Origin: Verrucomicrobiia bacterium
GTDB lineage: Bacteria > Methylomirabilota > Methylomirabilia > Rokubacteriales > CSP1-6
Reading direction: 5' to 3'
DNA length: 64,000 bases
Assembly (NCBI GenBank): GCA_035495415.1
Contig: DATJFY010000047.1
Location: 149,366-213,365 of the forward strand
The translations under genes and the position numbers were made by a program. A model generated the notes under the pieces. It had not been told where the DNA came from. It did not search any database and saw nothing but the letters and a program-made list of their open reading frames with translations. Below are positions 43,844 to 53,473 of this stretch, in pieces; position 1 is the stretch's first letter; every line of letters begins with the position of its first letter.

Positions 43844-46800
43844 ATGTACATAGATCGTCGGCTGTGGGCGCTGACCGAGGGCGTGCGCCTCCGCATCGCC
43901 GCCGCGGTGCTGATCGGCCTGCTCGCGGTGGCGGCCGGCATCGCGCGTCTGGCCCTCCTGGGCTGGCTGCTCGCGCGGGTCGCTGCCGGCGACGGCGCCC
44001 TTGCCCTCGCGATGCCGGCGGCGGCGACCGCGGCCGTGATCGGCCTTCGAGGGCTTCTCGAGTACTGGCGCGCTATGGTGGCCCACGAGACGGCCGCGCG
44101 CGTACAGACGGGACTGCGCGAGCGGCTCTACGCCCACCTGGTCACGCTGGGCCCGGCGCACGTGGTGGGCGGCCGCACGGGCGACGTGACGCTGTCCCTG
44201 GTGGAGGCGGTGCAGCAGCTCGAGGTGTACTTCGGCCAATATCTTCCGCAGCTTTTCGTTGCCCTCCTCACACCGCCCTTGATCTTCGTGGCGGTCGCCG
44301 TGCTCGACCTGCGCATCGGGGTGGTCATGCTGGCCGCCGCGCTCTTCACGCTGATCGCCCCCATGGTCTGGCACCGGAGCGAGAGCGCGGCCAGTCTCGC
44401 GCGGAGCCGCGCCTACGCGACCTTCGGCGCCGAGCTGCTGGACGCCATCCAGGGGCTCGGCACGCTCAAGGCCTTCGGACAAAGCCGGAGCTGGGGCGAG
44501 CGGCTGGCCGCGAAGAGCCGCGCCTTGCTCGAGAGCACCATGTGGGTGCTGGGCGCCAACACGGCGGCCCGCGGCATCACCGACGTGGGGCTGGCCATGG
44601 GGGCGGCGCTTGCGCTCACCTGGGGCGCATACCGGGTAGCCGACGGCGCGCTCGGCCTGCCCGCGCTGCTGATCATTCTCATGCTCGGCGTAGAGGTGTT
44701 CCGTCCGCTGCGCGAGCTGCGCGCCCTGCTCCATCAGGGCATGCTGGGCCGCTCTGCCGCCGAGGGCGTGTTCACCCTGCTCGCCGCCACGCCGGAGGTG
44801 CCGCCGTCGGGGGCGGGGACCGACGGCGCGCGGCCGCTCGCACCCACCGTGGCCTTCGAGGCGGTCACCTTCCGCTATCCGGGCGCGCGCCGTGTCGCCC
44901 ACGACGGGCTGTCGCTCGATGTGCGCGCGGGCGAGCGGGTGGGGATCGTGGGCCCGAGCGGCGCGGGCAAGTCCACCGTGGTGAAGCTGCTGCTCCGCTT
45001 CCACGATCCGCAGGGCGGGCGCGTGTCGATTGGCGGGCACGACCTGCGGAGCCTCCCGCCCGATGAGATCCGTCGCCACATCGCCGTGGTGAGCCAGGAC
45101 ACCTATCTCTTCCATGGCACCGTGGAGGAGAACCTGCGCCTCGGCAAGCCCCGCGCCACCCAGGTCGAGCTCGAAGCGGCCGCCCGCGCGGCGAACGCGC
45201 ACGACTTCATTCGCCGCCTGCCCCAGGGCTACGCGACCCGGGTGGGCGAGCGCGCGATCCGGCTGTCCGGCGGCCAGCGCCAGCGCATTGCCATCGCGCG
45301 CGCCCTGCTGCGGGACGCGCCCATTCTCGTGCTCGACGAGGCCCTGTCCTCCGTGGACGCGGAGAGCGAGGCGCTGGTACAGTCCGCGCTCGACCGGCTG
45401 ATGACCGGCCGCACCACCGTGATCGTGGCCCATCGCCTCTCCAGCGTGATCGGCGCGGACCGCATCCTGGTGATGGAGGCGGGGCGGGTGGTGGAGGCGG
45501 GCCCGCACGCGGCCCTCCTCGCGCAGGGGGGCGTGTACGCGCGGCTCATGGCTGGGCAGCTTGGCGATGGCGCGGCGACACCCCATGACGTCGCGGTGGA
45601 TGGCGCCGACTCCGGCGCGCCGGACGAGGACTCCGCGGACGAGCGCGAAGGGGCGTCGCCCGATGCGGACGATCTGGTGCCGGCGCGGGGGATGGCCTGG
45701 CCCACGGCGCTGCGGGTGCTGCTGGGCCTGGCGCGTAGCGAGGCTCTCCGCCTTGCCCTGGCCTTCGTGCTCGGTCTGTTACGCGTGGCGGCTCTGATCG
45801 GCGTGGGGGTGCTCGGCGCCCTCGTGGTGGCGGCGGTGAAGCGCGGGGAGCCGTTCGGCGGCCTGGTGGCGGCGCTGCTGACGGTCGCGCCGCTGGCCGG
45901 CGTGCTCCACTGGCTCGAGTCGTGGATCGCCCACGATGCGGCCTATCGGCTGCTGCACGACATGCGTATGGACCTGTACTGGAAGCTCGAATCGCTCGCG
46001 CCGGCTTATCTGATGCACCGGCGCAGCGGCGATCTGGTCAGCGTGGCCACGCAGGACGTGGAGCTGGTGGAGTACTTCTTCGCTCACACCGTGGCGCCGG
46101 CCTTCGTCGCGATCCTCGTGCCGCTCGCGGTGCTGATCACGCTCGGCGCTCACGGGGCGATGCTGGCCCTCGTCCTCTTCCCGTTCCTCGTCCTGGGATT
46201 GCTCAGCCCCGTCCTCGGCCGCGAGCGCATCGACCGGCTCGGCGCCGCCGCTCGCGAGGCGTCAGGCGCCATGAACGCGCACGCGGTGGACTCGGTGCAG
46301 GGGCTCGGGGAACTGCTGGCCTTCGGGGCCACGCCCGCGCGCGGGATGGCCTTCGCGCGGCTGGCCCGTGACTACGCCGAGGCTCGATCGCCGCTCCTGC
46401 GCGATCTCGCCATCCAGGCCTCGCTGCAGGAGGTCGCCACGGGGGTGGGCGGGCTCGCGGTGATCTGGACGGGCGCCGTGCTGGCGGCGGGGGGCCGGCT
46501 CGACGCGGGGCTCCTGCCGCTGCTGACCCTCCTCGCGATGTCGGCCTTCGTGCCGATCTGGGAGATCGCCCAGATCGGCCGTCAGCTCGCCGACTCGCTG
46601 GGCGCGGCGCGGCGGCTCCATGCGGTGCACGGAGAGCCCGTCCCCGTGACCGACGGGCCCGGCGCGGCGCCGCGGCAGGACCCCGCCACGCCGGCGGTCG
46701 AGCTGCGGAGCGTCACCTTCACGTATCCGGGGCGCCGGCGCCCGGCGCTGGTCGATGTGTCGCTCAGCGTGCCGGTGGGAAGCACCGCGGCCATCGTGGG

Positions 46801-47431
46801 GCCCTCGGGGGCCGGCAAGAGCACGGTGGCGGCGCTGCTGCTCCGCTTCTGGGATCCGGCGCGGGGCGAGGTCCGCTACGGCGGGGAGGACGCGCGCCGC
46901 TATCGCCTGGACGAGCTCCGCGGCCGCGTCGCGCTGGTGGCGCAGGATACCTATCTCTTCCACCTGACGCTTCGTGAGAACGTGGCCCTCGCGCGCCCGA
47001 CGGCGACCCCCGCGGAGATCGACCTCGCGGTGGACCGCGCCGCGCTGGCCGAGTTCGTGGCCGCGCTGCCGGACGGACTCGAGACGGTGGTGGGCGAGCG
47101 GGGCACCCGCCTGTCCGGCGGGCAGCGCCAGCGGGTGGCCATTGCCCGCGCGTTCCTGAAGGACGCGCCTGTTCTGATCCTGGACGAGGCGACCTCGCAT
47201 CTGGACGTGGTCAACGAGCGCGCCGTGCACGATGCGCTCGAGCGGCTGGCCCGCGATCGCACCACGTTCATCATCGCCCACCGCCTCTCGACGGTGAGCC
47301 GCGCCGACCAGATCGTGGTGCTCGACGAAGGCGGCGTGGTCGAGGCGGGCCCTCACGCCGCCCTGCTGGCGCGCGGAGGCCTCTACGCGCGGCTGGTGTC
47401 GCGTCAGCTCGCGGGCGCGCCGGCGGGATAG
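43844..47431 (+). CDS. cydDC: fused CydD-CydC-type ABC exporter (two TMD-NBD half transporters in one 1195-aa polypeptide)
   Basis: C-terminal part of ORF 43274..47431, starting at ATG 43844 (MYIDRRLWALTEG). Two complete half-transporters are present, each with Walker A (GPSGAGKST twice), signature (LSGGQRQR twice) and Walker B. They are joined by an acidic linker (about 45563-45691). Confidence 0.85.
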   Translation: MYIDRRLWALTEGVRLRIAAAVLIGLLAVAAGIARLALLGWLLARVAAGDGALALAMPAAATAAVIGLRGLLEYWRAMVAHETAARVQTGLRERLYAHLVTLGPAHVVGGRTGDVTLSLVEAVQQLEVYFGQYLPQLFVALLTPPLIFVAVAVLDLRIGVVMLAAALFTLIAPMVWHRSESAASLARSRAYATFGAELLDAIQGLGTLKAFGQSRSWGERLAAKSRALLESTMWVLGANTAARGITDVGLAMGAALALTWGAYRVADGALGLPALLIILMLGVEVFRPLRELRALLHQGMLGRSAAEGVFTLLAATPEVPPSGAGTDGARPLAPTVAFEAVTFRYPGARRVAHDGLSLDVRAGERVGIVGPSGAGKSTVVKLLLRFHDPQGGRVSIGGHDLRSLPPDEIRRHIAVVSQDTYLFHGTVEENLRLGKPRATQVELEAAARAANAHDFIRRLPQGYATRVGERAIRLSGGQRQRIAIARALLRDAPILVLDEALSSVDAESEALVQSALDRLMTGRTTVIVAHRLSSVIGADRILVMEAGRVVEAGPHAALLAQGGVYARLMAGQLGDGAATPHDVAVDGADSGAPDEDSADEREGASPDADDLVPARGMAWPTALRVLLGLARSEALRLALAFVLGLLRVAALIGVGVLGALVVAAVKRGEPFGGLVAALLTVAPLAGVLHWLESWIAHDAAYRLLHDMRMDLYWKLESLAPAYLMHRRSGDLVSVATQDVELVEYFFAHTVAPAFVAILVPLAVLITLGAHGAMLALVLFPFLVLGLLSPVLGRERIDRLGAAAREASGAMNAHAVDSVQGLGELLAFGATPARGMAFARLARDYAEARSPLLRDLAIQASLQEVATGVGGLAVIWTGAVLAAGGRLDAGLLPLLTLLAMSAFVPIWEIAQIGRQLADSLGAARRLHAVHGEPVPVTDGPGAAPRQDPATPAVELRSVTFTYPGRRRPALVDVSLSVPVGSTAAIVGPSGAGKSTVAALLLRFWDPARGEVRYGGEDARRYRLDELRGRVALVAQDTYLFHLTLRENVALARPTATPAEIDLAVDRAALAEFVAALPDGLETVVGERGTRLSGGQRQRVAIARAFLKDAPVLILDEATSHLDVVNERAVHDALERLARDRTTFIIAHRLSTVSRADQIVVLDEGGVVEAGPHAALLARGGLYARLVSRQLAGAPAG

Positions 47432-47438
47432 GTCCCGC

Positions 47439-48265
47439 TCACTCGAGGACGACGTCCGCCCGGGTGAGGAAGGATTGGGGAACCGCCACGCCGAGCGCCT
47501 TCGCGGCCTGGAGGTTCACGATCAGCTCGAATAATGTCGGCGGCCTTCGCGCCGCGCAGGACCTTGTCCACGAGCGTCGCGGATTCGCGCCAGATGTGGG
47601 CGAGATTTACCCCCCGTACGCGAGGAGCCCGCCCGCCTCGCAGAATTCGCGGAACCCGATGGCGGGCAGCCGCGCCGTGCCCGCCAGCGCGGCGACGAGC
47701 CGCGCGTTGGCGATGAAGAGGCCGTCATCGGGCACCACCAAGGCGTCCACGGGCTTTCGGGACGCGCCGAGCGCGGCCGTCACGTCCTCCACCGAGCGCA
47801 CCGCGAGCACCGCCACCTCGATCTTGAGCGCCTGGGCCCGCTCCTCCACATGTTGGTGCCGGGCCGGGCGTAGCTCGCCACCACGCCGCTCTCGACCGGG
47901 CTGCCGACAATGGCCATGACGATGGGGATGCTCTGGGTGGCCCGCTTGGCCGCGAAGGCGGCGGGCGTGCCCTGGGTGATGATGACCTCGACGTTGAGGC
48001 CCACCAGCTCCGCGGCGAGCGCGGGGAGCCGGTCGAGCCGCTCCTCGGCCCAGCGGTACTCGATGAGGACGTTCTGGCCCTCGACGAGCCCCAGCTCCCG
48101 TAGCCCCGCCCGCATGGCGTCCAGGTACCTGGCGTAGCCGCCGGCCGTCGCGCCGCCGAGGAACCCCAGACGACGCACGGAGCGCGACGTCTGGGCCAGC
48201 GCGGGGGTGGTCGACACTGACAGCGCGAGCCCAAGGGCGTTCAGGAAGGGTCGCCGCGCGATCGT
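47439..48265 (-). pseudogene. decayed ABC_sub_bind-family substrate-binding protein gene (frameshifts, internal deletions, no ATG)
   Basis: Family-like sequence is spread over three minus-strand frames: IARRPFLNALGLALSVSTTPALAQ...ASYARPGTN (to about 47852), then VEERAQALKIEVAV...FREFCEAGGLLAYGG stopping at TAA 47609-47607, then VNLAHIWRESATLVDKVLRGAKAADI, and finally ELIVNLQAAKALGVAVPQSFLTRADVVLE to TGA 47441-47439. Confidence 0.7.
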
Positions 48266-48328
48266 GGATCCGCTGGACCCGCGTCACGCGGGAAGCCTAG
48301 CACCGATTGACGGCAGGCAGCAACGAGG

Positions 48329-49381
48329 CTAGGTGAGGATCTCCCAGCCCTTCTGGTACCGGTCGAGCTCGCCGGTGGTGTAGGCGTCCATCGGGTGCTC
48401 CCGCTCCGGGATATCGACGTGCTTGGTCTCTCCGCACAGCGCGGTGGTGAAGTAGCGCTGCCCGGTGTCGTTGATGATGGTGATGATCGAGGGCAGCTCC
48501 GGATGCGCGCGGGCCAGCTTGAGCGCCGCCGCGACATTGCATCCGCTGGAGATCCCGCAGAAGATGCCTTCCTCGGCGGCGAGGCGGCGGGCGATCTCGA
48601 TGCTCTCCTCCGTCGTCGTCGTGACGACCCCGGTGAGGTGCGACACGTCGAGATTCCGCGGCACGAACCCGTCGCCGATGCCCTCGATGCCGTGATGGCC
48701 CCACTCGCGTCGCGCGAGCAGGGCGCACTCCGCGGGCTCCACCGCGTAGAGCCGCACGCCGGGGTCCTTGCCACGGAGATAGCGGCCCACCCCGGTGATG
48801 AGGCCACCCGACCCCTGCGAGTCCACGAACGCGCCGATCTTGCCGGGCGCGCCGCCCATCTGCTCCCAGAGCTCGGGCCCGGTGGACAGCGTGTGGGCCT
48901 CGACGTTGTCGGGGTTCTCGAACTGCCCCGGCACCCAGTAGCGACCGGGCTCGGCAGCGCGGATCTCCCCGAGGCGCGCGAGCGAGAGATCCACATCGCT
49001 CTCGCCGCCGGGCGTGAACACCAGCGTGGTGCCGTAGGCCCGCATGATCTTCTTCCGTTCCTCGCTCATGCCCTGCGGCATCACGATCGTGCAGGGATAG
49101 CCCTTGACCGCGGACACCCAGGCGCAGGCGATGCCGGCATTGCCGGTGGAGCACTCGAGCACGCGCATGCCCGGCTTGAGATCGCCGCGCGCCTCCGCGC
49201 GCTCGAACATGTGGAGATAGATCCGGTCCTTGAGGCTGCCGGTGGCCCCGTACCACTCCACCTTCACGTAGACGGGCGGGGTCACGCCGCGCGTCACGCG
49301 GTTCAGGCGGACGAGCGGCGTGTTCCCGACGGCCTGCGCGATCGACGACAGCGCCTTCGCGTAGCGCGCCCAGGCGGGCAT
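48329..49381 (-). CDS. PLP-dependent cysteine synthase-fold (CysK/CBS family) enzyme
   Basis: C-terminal 350 aa of ORF 48329..50062, starting at ATG 49381. It has the PLP-lysine motif GSLKDR, the TGNAG loop and GSGGLITG. The C-terminal extension of about 40 aa is unusual. Confidence 0.85.
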   Translation of the reverse strand: MPAWARYAKALSSIAQAVGNTPLVRLNRVTRGVTPPVYVKVEWYGATGSLKDRIYLHMFERAEARGDLKPGMRVLECSTGNAGIACAWVSAVKGYPCTIVMPQGMSEERKKIMRAYGTTLVFTPGGESDVDLSLARLGEIRAAEPGRYWVPGQFENPDNVEAHTLSTGPELWEQMGGAPGKIGAFVDSQGSGGLITGVGRYLRGKDPGVRLYAVEPAECALLARREWGHHGIEGIGDGFVPRNLDVSHLTGVVTTTTEESIEIARRLAAEEGIFCGISSGCNVAAALKLARAHPELPSIITIINDTGQRYFTTALCGETKHVDIPEREHPMDAYTTGELDRYQKGWEILT

Positions 49382-49389
49382 GCGCGCGG

Positions 49390-50169
49390 TTACTTGAACC
49401 AGTCGCGGAGCGGCTTGACGACGGCGCCCGCCTTCACCAGGCCTTCGCGCACCGCGCCCACGATCTTCTCCGAGCCCGGGCTGTCGCCGTGGATGCAGAT
49501 GGTCTGGATCCGGGCGTCGATGATCTTGCCGGTGATGGTCTTGACCTTGCCCTCCATGACCATTTTGACCGCCTGATCCGCGGCCTTGGCCGGATCCGAC
49601 ACCAGGGCGTCCTTGCCGAGCTTGCGCGAGACGAGCTGGCCGTCGTCGGCGTAGACGCGATCGGCGAAGCCTTCCGCCGCAACCCGTACCCCCGAGACCT
49701 TGCGGGCCTCGGTGTCGTACTTGGTCATGGCCATGGTCATGAGGATGATCGACGGGTCGAGCTCCTTCACACCCTCCGCGGTGGCGCGGCCGAGCGGCAG
49801 GTTCTCCTCGAACATGTGGTACTGGATGCCGTGCGGCTTCACGTGCTGGAGCGTGGTCCCGGAGGCCTTGCAGAAGGCCCAGAGGGCGCCGATCTGGTAG
49901 CGGTGGATCTCCTTGAGCTCCTGGGGCGAGACGTCCATGCGCCGGCGGCCAAAGCCCATGAGGTCGGGCAGGCTCGGGTGCGCCCCCACCGCGACGCCGT
50001 GCTGCACCGCGGACTCCACCGTCTTGCGCATGACGTGGGGGTCGCCCCCGTGGAAGCCGCACGCCACGTTGGCGGACGTGATGTTGGGCATGATCTCGTC
50101 GTCGGCGCCCAGGGTCCAGCGGCCGTAGCTCTCGCCCATGTCGCAGTTGATGTCGATGTAGGTCGTCAT
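49390..50169 (-). CDS. pxpA: LamB/YcsF family lactamase (5-oxoprolinase subunit A type)
   Basis: C-terminal 259 aa of ORF 49390..51141, starting at ATG 50169. The N-terminus IDINCDMGESYG and the segments ACGFHGGDP and HVKPHG are hallmarks of the LamB/YcsF family. Confidence 0.85.
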   Translation of the reverse strand: MTTYIDINCDMGESYGRWTLGADDEIMPNITSANVACGFHGGDPHVMRKTVESAVQHGVAVGAHPSLPDLMGFGRRRMDVSPQELKEIHRYQIGALWAFCKASGTTLQHVKPHGIQYHMFEENLPLGRATAEGVKELDPSIILMTMAMTKYDTEARKVSGVRVAAEGFADRVYADDGQLVSRKLGKDALVSDPAKAADQAVKMVMEGKVKTITGKIIDARIQTICIHGDSPGSEKIVGAVREGLVKAGAVVKPLRDWFK

Positions 50170-51101
50170 AGCCTCGGCAAGACCTCCTTGGCGATCCGCT
50201 CCACCTGCTCCGGCTGATAGCGGTAGGGGATCAGGATGATGCGATCGACGCCGGTCTTCACGTGCGCCTTGAGCTGCGCCACGCATTCCTCCGCGCTGCC
50301 GTGGATGGCGTGCTCGATGGTGGACTCCGACCACGCCGCGGTGTCCCACTCGGTCGAGAGCCAGTGTCGCATATCTTCGGTGGTCTGGGCTCGGGAGCTG
50401 CCCACGTACACCGCGAGCTGATTCGTGGAGCTGAGCGTCTTCGGATCCCGCCCGGCCTCGCGCGCGAAGGTCTTCACCTTCTCCCAGCCCTTGGTGAAGC
50501 TCTCCGGCGTGTAGAAGTAGGTGAGCCAGCCGTCGCCGACGGTGCCCGCGCGTTTGAGCACCGCGTCCACGTACCCGCCGACCAGGATCGGCGGGCGCGG
50601 CCGCTGGGCCGTCCGCGGCACCATCACCGCCTCGCGAAGGTTGAACTCGTCGACCTTGAGGGTGACGCGCTCCTGCGCCCACAGCCGCGCGAGGATGTCG
50701 AGGTTCCGCTCGAAGATCTTGCCGCGCTGCTTGAACGGGACGCCGACCGCGTCGAACTCGCGCGCATACCAGCCCGCGGCCACGCCGAGGATCAGGCGGC
50801 CGCCCGAGATCACGTCGAGGCTGCCCAGCGACTTCGCCGCCACCACCGGGTTCCGCAGGGGCAGCACGAGCACGCCGGTGCCGAGCTTGATCGTCTTCGT
50901 GCGCGCGGCGATCGCGCCCAGCATGGTGATCGAGTCCACGATGGGAAACGAGGGCTCCACGCCCAGCAGGACGTGGTCCCACGCCCAGAGCGACTCGAAG
51001 CCGAGCGCCTCCGCACGTTCCGCATAGGCGTAGAGGCCGGGGATGTCCGGCACCTCGCCGGGGCCCACGAAGTTGCGCACCGCCAATCCGTACTGAGTCA
51101 C
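50166..51101 (-). CDS. LLM-class flavin/F420-dependent oxidoreductase
   Basis: C-terminal 311 aa of ORF 50166..51506, starting at GTG 51101 (a GGAG lies 8 nt upstream). Motifs LGFESLWAWDHV, LGTGVLVLPLRNP and GRLILGVAAG are present. The stop overlaps the pxpA ATG (ATGA). Confidence 0.85.
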   Translation of the reverse strand: MTQYGLAVRNFVGPGEVPDIPGLYAYAERAEALGFESLWAWDHVLLGVEPSFPIVDSITMLGAIAARTKTIKLGTGVLVLPLRNPVVAAKSLGSLDVISGGRLILGVAAGWYAREFDAVGVPFKQRGKIFERNLDILARLWAQERVTLKVDEFNLREAVMVPRTAQRPRPPILVGGYVDAVLKRAGTVGDGWLTYFYTPESFTKGWEKVKTFAREAGRDPKTLSSTNQLAVYVGSSRAQTTEDMRHWLSTEWDTAAWSESTIEHAIHGSAEECVAQLKAHVKTGVDRIILIPYRYQPEQVERIAKEVLPRL

Positions 51102-51112
51102 GAATGCATCTC

Positions 51113-51733
51113 CTAATTGCGCCGCAGGGTGGCCAGCCCAAGGCCGGCGCCGATCATGAGGGCGCCCGAGGTTTTCTCCGTCACCCGCGTCCAGCGCTCG
51201 CGGCCCGCGAGGCGGGCGCCCTGCGCGGCGAGGATGCCGTAGCCCGCCAGCACGAGCTGCTCGATGACGATCAACGTGCTGGCCAGGACCAGGCCTTGGG
51301 CGAGCAGTGGCTGCTCCGGGTGGACGAACTGGGGGACGAGCGCGCCGAAGAAGATCATCGCCTTGGGGTTCGTCATCTGGACGAGGAAACCGCGCGCAAA
51401 TGCGCCGCGTCGGCGCGCCGGCCCCACCTGGACTTCCGCGTGCGCGGTGCCCCGCTTGAGGATCAAGCGTAGGCCCACGGAGACGAGGTAGAGCGCCCCG
51501 GCCCACTTGAGCGCGAGGAAGAGGGTGGCCGACGCGAGGAGCGCGGCAGAGAGGCCGGCGACTGACAACGTGATCCAGATGGAATTGGCCGCACAGACCC
51601 CCGTGCCGGTGAGGATCGCGGGGACCGCCCCCCCGCGCAGCCCGATCGACATCGTCATGAGCACGGCCGGGCCCGGCGTGAGCGTGGCGGCGAAGCAGGT
51701 GGCCACGTAGAGGAGCCAGGTCTCGAGCGCCAT
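51113..51733 (-). CDS. LysE/RhtB family amino acid exporter
   Basis: C-terminal 206 aa of ORF 51113..52000, starting at ATG 51733. The N-terminus FAATLTPGPAVLMTMS matches the PGP motif of the LysE family. Six hydrophobic segments. Confidence 0.85.
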   Translation of the reverse strand: MALETWLLYVATCFAATLTPGPAVLMTMSIGLRGGAVPAILTGTGVCAANSIWITLSVAGLSAALLASATLFLALKWAGALYLVSVGLRLILKRGTAHAEVQVGPARRRGAFARGFLVQMTNPKAMIFFGALVPQFVHPEQPLLAQGLVLASTLIVIEQLVLAGYGILAAQGARLAGRERWTRVTEKTSGALMIGAGLGLATLRRN

Positions 51734-51737
51734 CGCG

Positions 51738-52514
51738 CTAGCCGATGAACTGCCGCTCGGGGTCGAGCGAGCGGAGAATGCCCAGCTCGTTGGCCGTCGG
51801 GGGCTGCGTGGTAGCCACCCGCTCGACGGTGAGAAGGTCGAAGGGCGTGTGGTCACGCACCTGCTCCACGGTGACGCCGGGGTGCACCGCTTCGAGCCGC
51901 ATACGACGCGACTCGGGCTCGAAGTCGAACAGACCGAGCGTGGTGACCACGCGACGCACGCCGCCGAAAAGGAGGCCGCTGCGCGCCCGCGAGTCGCCAC
52001 CCGCGACGTGGCCGGGGCTCGTGATGAAGTCCACCTTGGGAATGAAGCGACGCTTCTCGTGCACGGTGAGGATGATGACCGCGCGGCACAGCGAGATGAT
52101 GTCGTTGGCCCCGCCCGAGCCCGGCAGCCGCACCTTGGGCCGGTCGTAGCCGCCGATCGCGCTCGTGTTGAGGTTGCCCCACTGGTCGATCTGCGCGCCG
52201 CCGATGAAGCCGACGTCGAGGAACCCGCGCTGGGCGAGCAGGAAGGCGTCGGTGATGCCCGGCAGCATCTGCGCGTGATAGGCCGCGCGCATCTCGTTGG
52301 TCGAGATGGGGAGCCACCCCGGCCGCCACATCGGCCCCACGATGCCGCCCTCGATCACCATGGTGAGGCGCGGCGCGTGCAGGCGCTGGGCGAGCACGGA
52401 GGCCATCATCGGCGCGCCCACGCCGGTGAACACGGTTTGGTTGTCGGCGAGCTCGCGCGCCCCCATCACCGCGAGCAGCTCGTTCGAGCTGACGCCCTCG
52501 AATCCCGTGCTCAC
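51738..52514 (-). CDS. CoA-transferase subunit B (family I, glutaconate/3-oxoacid CoA-transferase-like)
   Basis: C-terminal 258 aa of ORF 51738..53243, starting at GTG 52514 (GTGA overlap with subunit A). The segment TMVIEGGIVGP sits in the position of the catalytic-Glu motif of beta subunits. Confidence 0.8.
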   Translation of the reverse strand: MSTGFEGVSSNELLAVMGARELADNQTVFTGVGAPMMASVLAQRLHAPRLTMVIEGGIVGPMWRPGWLPISTNEMRAAYHAQMLPGITDAFLLAQRGFLDVGFIGGAQIDQWGNLNTSAIGGYDRPKVRLPGSGGANDIISLCRAVIILTVHEKRRFIPKVDFITSPGHVAGGDSRARSGLLFGGVRRVVTTLGLFDFEPESRRMRLEAVHPGVTVEQVRDHTPFDLLTVERVATTQPPTANELGILRSLDPERQFIG

Positions 52515-53473
52515 GAGCAGAGCTCCTTCCCCCGCTCGGCCGCCGCCTCGCGCATGCCCTCGGGGAAGAGCGCGAGATAGTCGCCATGCGTGGGGGGCGC
52601 GTAGACGTAGCGCTCGAGGTAGCGCGCGACGCCCTCCGCGCCCTGGGCCTGGATGCCCGCCACGTACTCGCCGAAGTGACCCGGCTCGGAGTCGTAGAGC
52701 CCGTAGCACTCGTGCGGGTAGGAGCCCCACGGCACGTGGACGAGCGCGTCCACCGCGAAGCCGGGGATCACGGTACGGTCGGGGCGCCGGCGGATCTCCT
52801 CCTCGGGTACGATCTCCTCGGCCGTCACCAGCACGGTCTGCGAGGCGAAGGCGATGTCGGCGTCCATGTGCGGGTAGCCGTCGATCTGGCAGTTGCCGAA
52901 GCGATCGGCGCGCTGCACGTGGAGCAGCCCCACGTCGGGGAAGAGCGCGGGCACCGCGTGGAGGGTCTCGCCCGTGTAGGGGCAGGCGATGGTCTTGGAG
53001 CCGCCCACTCCCATGAGATCGGAGCCCAGCATCGTCATCGTGGGGAGGAAGGGCAGGCCCATCGCGGCGGCGCGGAAACGGAGGCCCAGCCCCAGATGGC
53101 TCCACTCCTCGATGGGCACGCGGCCGGACTCGACATACTCGCGCATGATGCGCGAGAGGCCCCAGGGAAGCCCGATGCCCATCCAGGCGGTGACGAGCTT
53201 CTTCGCCGCCCCCGCCACCATGTACCACTCGCCCTCGTAGCACATGAGGTTGCGCGCCAGCGTGAGCCCCTTCGGCCGCCGGCGCAGGATCTCGCGGAGG
53301 AGGGCGAGCGGCGTGCGGCTGTAGAGAATCCCGCCGATGGCGAGCGTGGCGCCGTCGGGCACCCGGGCCGCCGCGTCGGCGAGGCTCACGAGCTTCTCGC
53401 CCGCCGACTTGGGCTTGGCCTCGAGCCGGCGGCGCGCCGCGCGAAAGTCGTACTCGGCGGGCGCGATGGTCAT
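52511..53473 (-). CDS. CoA-transferase subunit A
   Basis: C-terminal 320 aa of ORF 52511..55561, starting at ATG 53473. VPDGATLAIGGILYSRTPLALLREI is typical of family-I CoA-transferase alpha subunits. There is an ATGA overlap with the GntR gene stop. Confidence 0.8.
   Translation of the reverse strand: MTIAPAEYDFRAARRRLEAKPKSAGEKLVSLADAAARVPDGATLAIGGILYSRTPLALLREILRRRPKGLTLARNLMCYEGEWYMVAGAAKKLVTAWMGIGLPWGLSRIMREYVESGRVPIEEWSHLGLGLRFRAAAMGLPFLPTMTMLGSDLMGVGGSKTIACPYTGETLHAVPALFPDVGLLHVQRADRFGNCQIDGYPHMDADIAFASQTVLVTAEEIVPEEEIRRRPDRTVIPGFAVDALVHVPWGSYPHECYGLYDSEPGHFGEYVAGIQAQGAEGVARYLERYVYAPPTHGDYLALFPEGMREAAAERGKELCS

Noticed and set aside
48277-48291. Hairpin CCCGCG-TCA-CGCGGG downstream of the CysK-fold gene, considered as the operon terminator.
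   Set aside because: It has a 6-bp stem, a 3-nt loop and no U-tract on the minus strand. It also lies inside the remnant 5' region of the pseudogene locus. The evidence is insufficient.
49390-50169. A link between the solitary pxpA and the accC/BCCP pair at 2020-4022. LamB-type genes are sometimes clustered with allophanate-hydrolase-like subunits and biotin carboxylase genes.
   Set aside because: The genes are about 45 kb apart, on opposite strands and in different operons. The bridging PxpB/PxpC-type genes are absent from the window.
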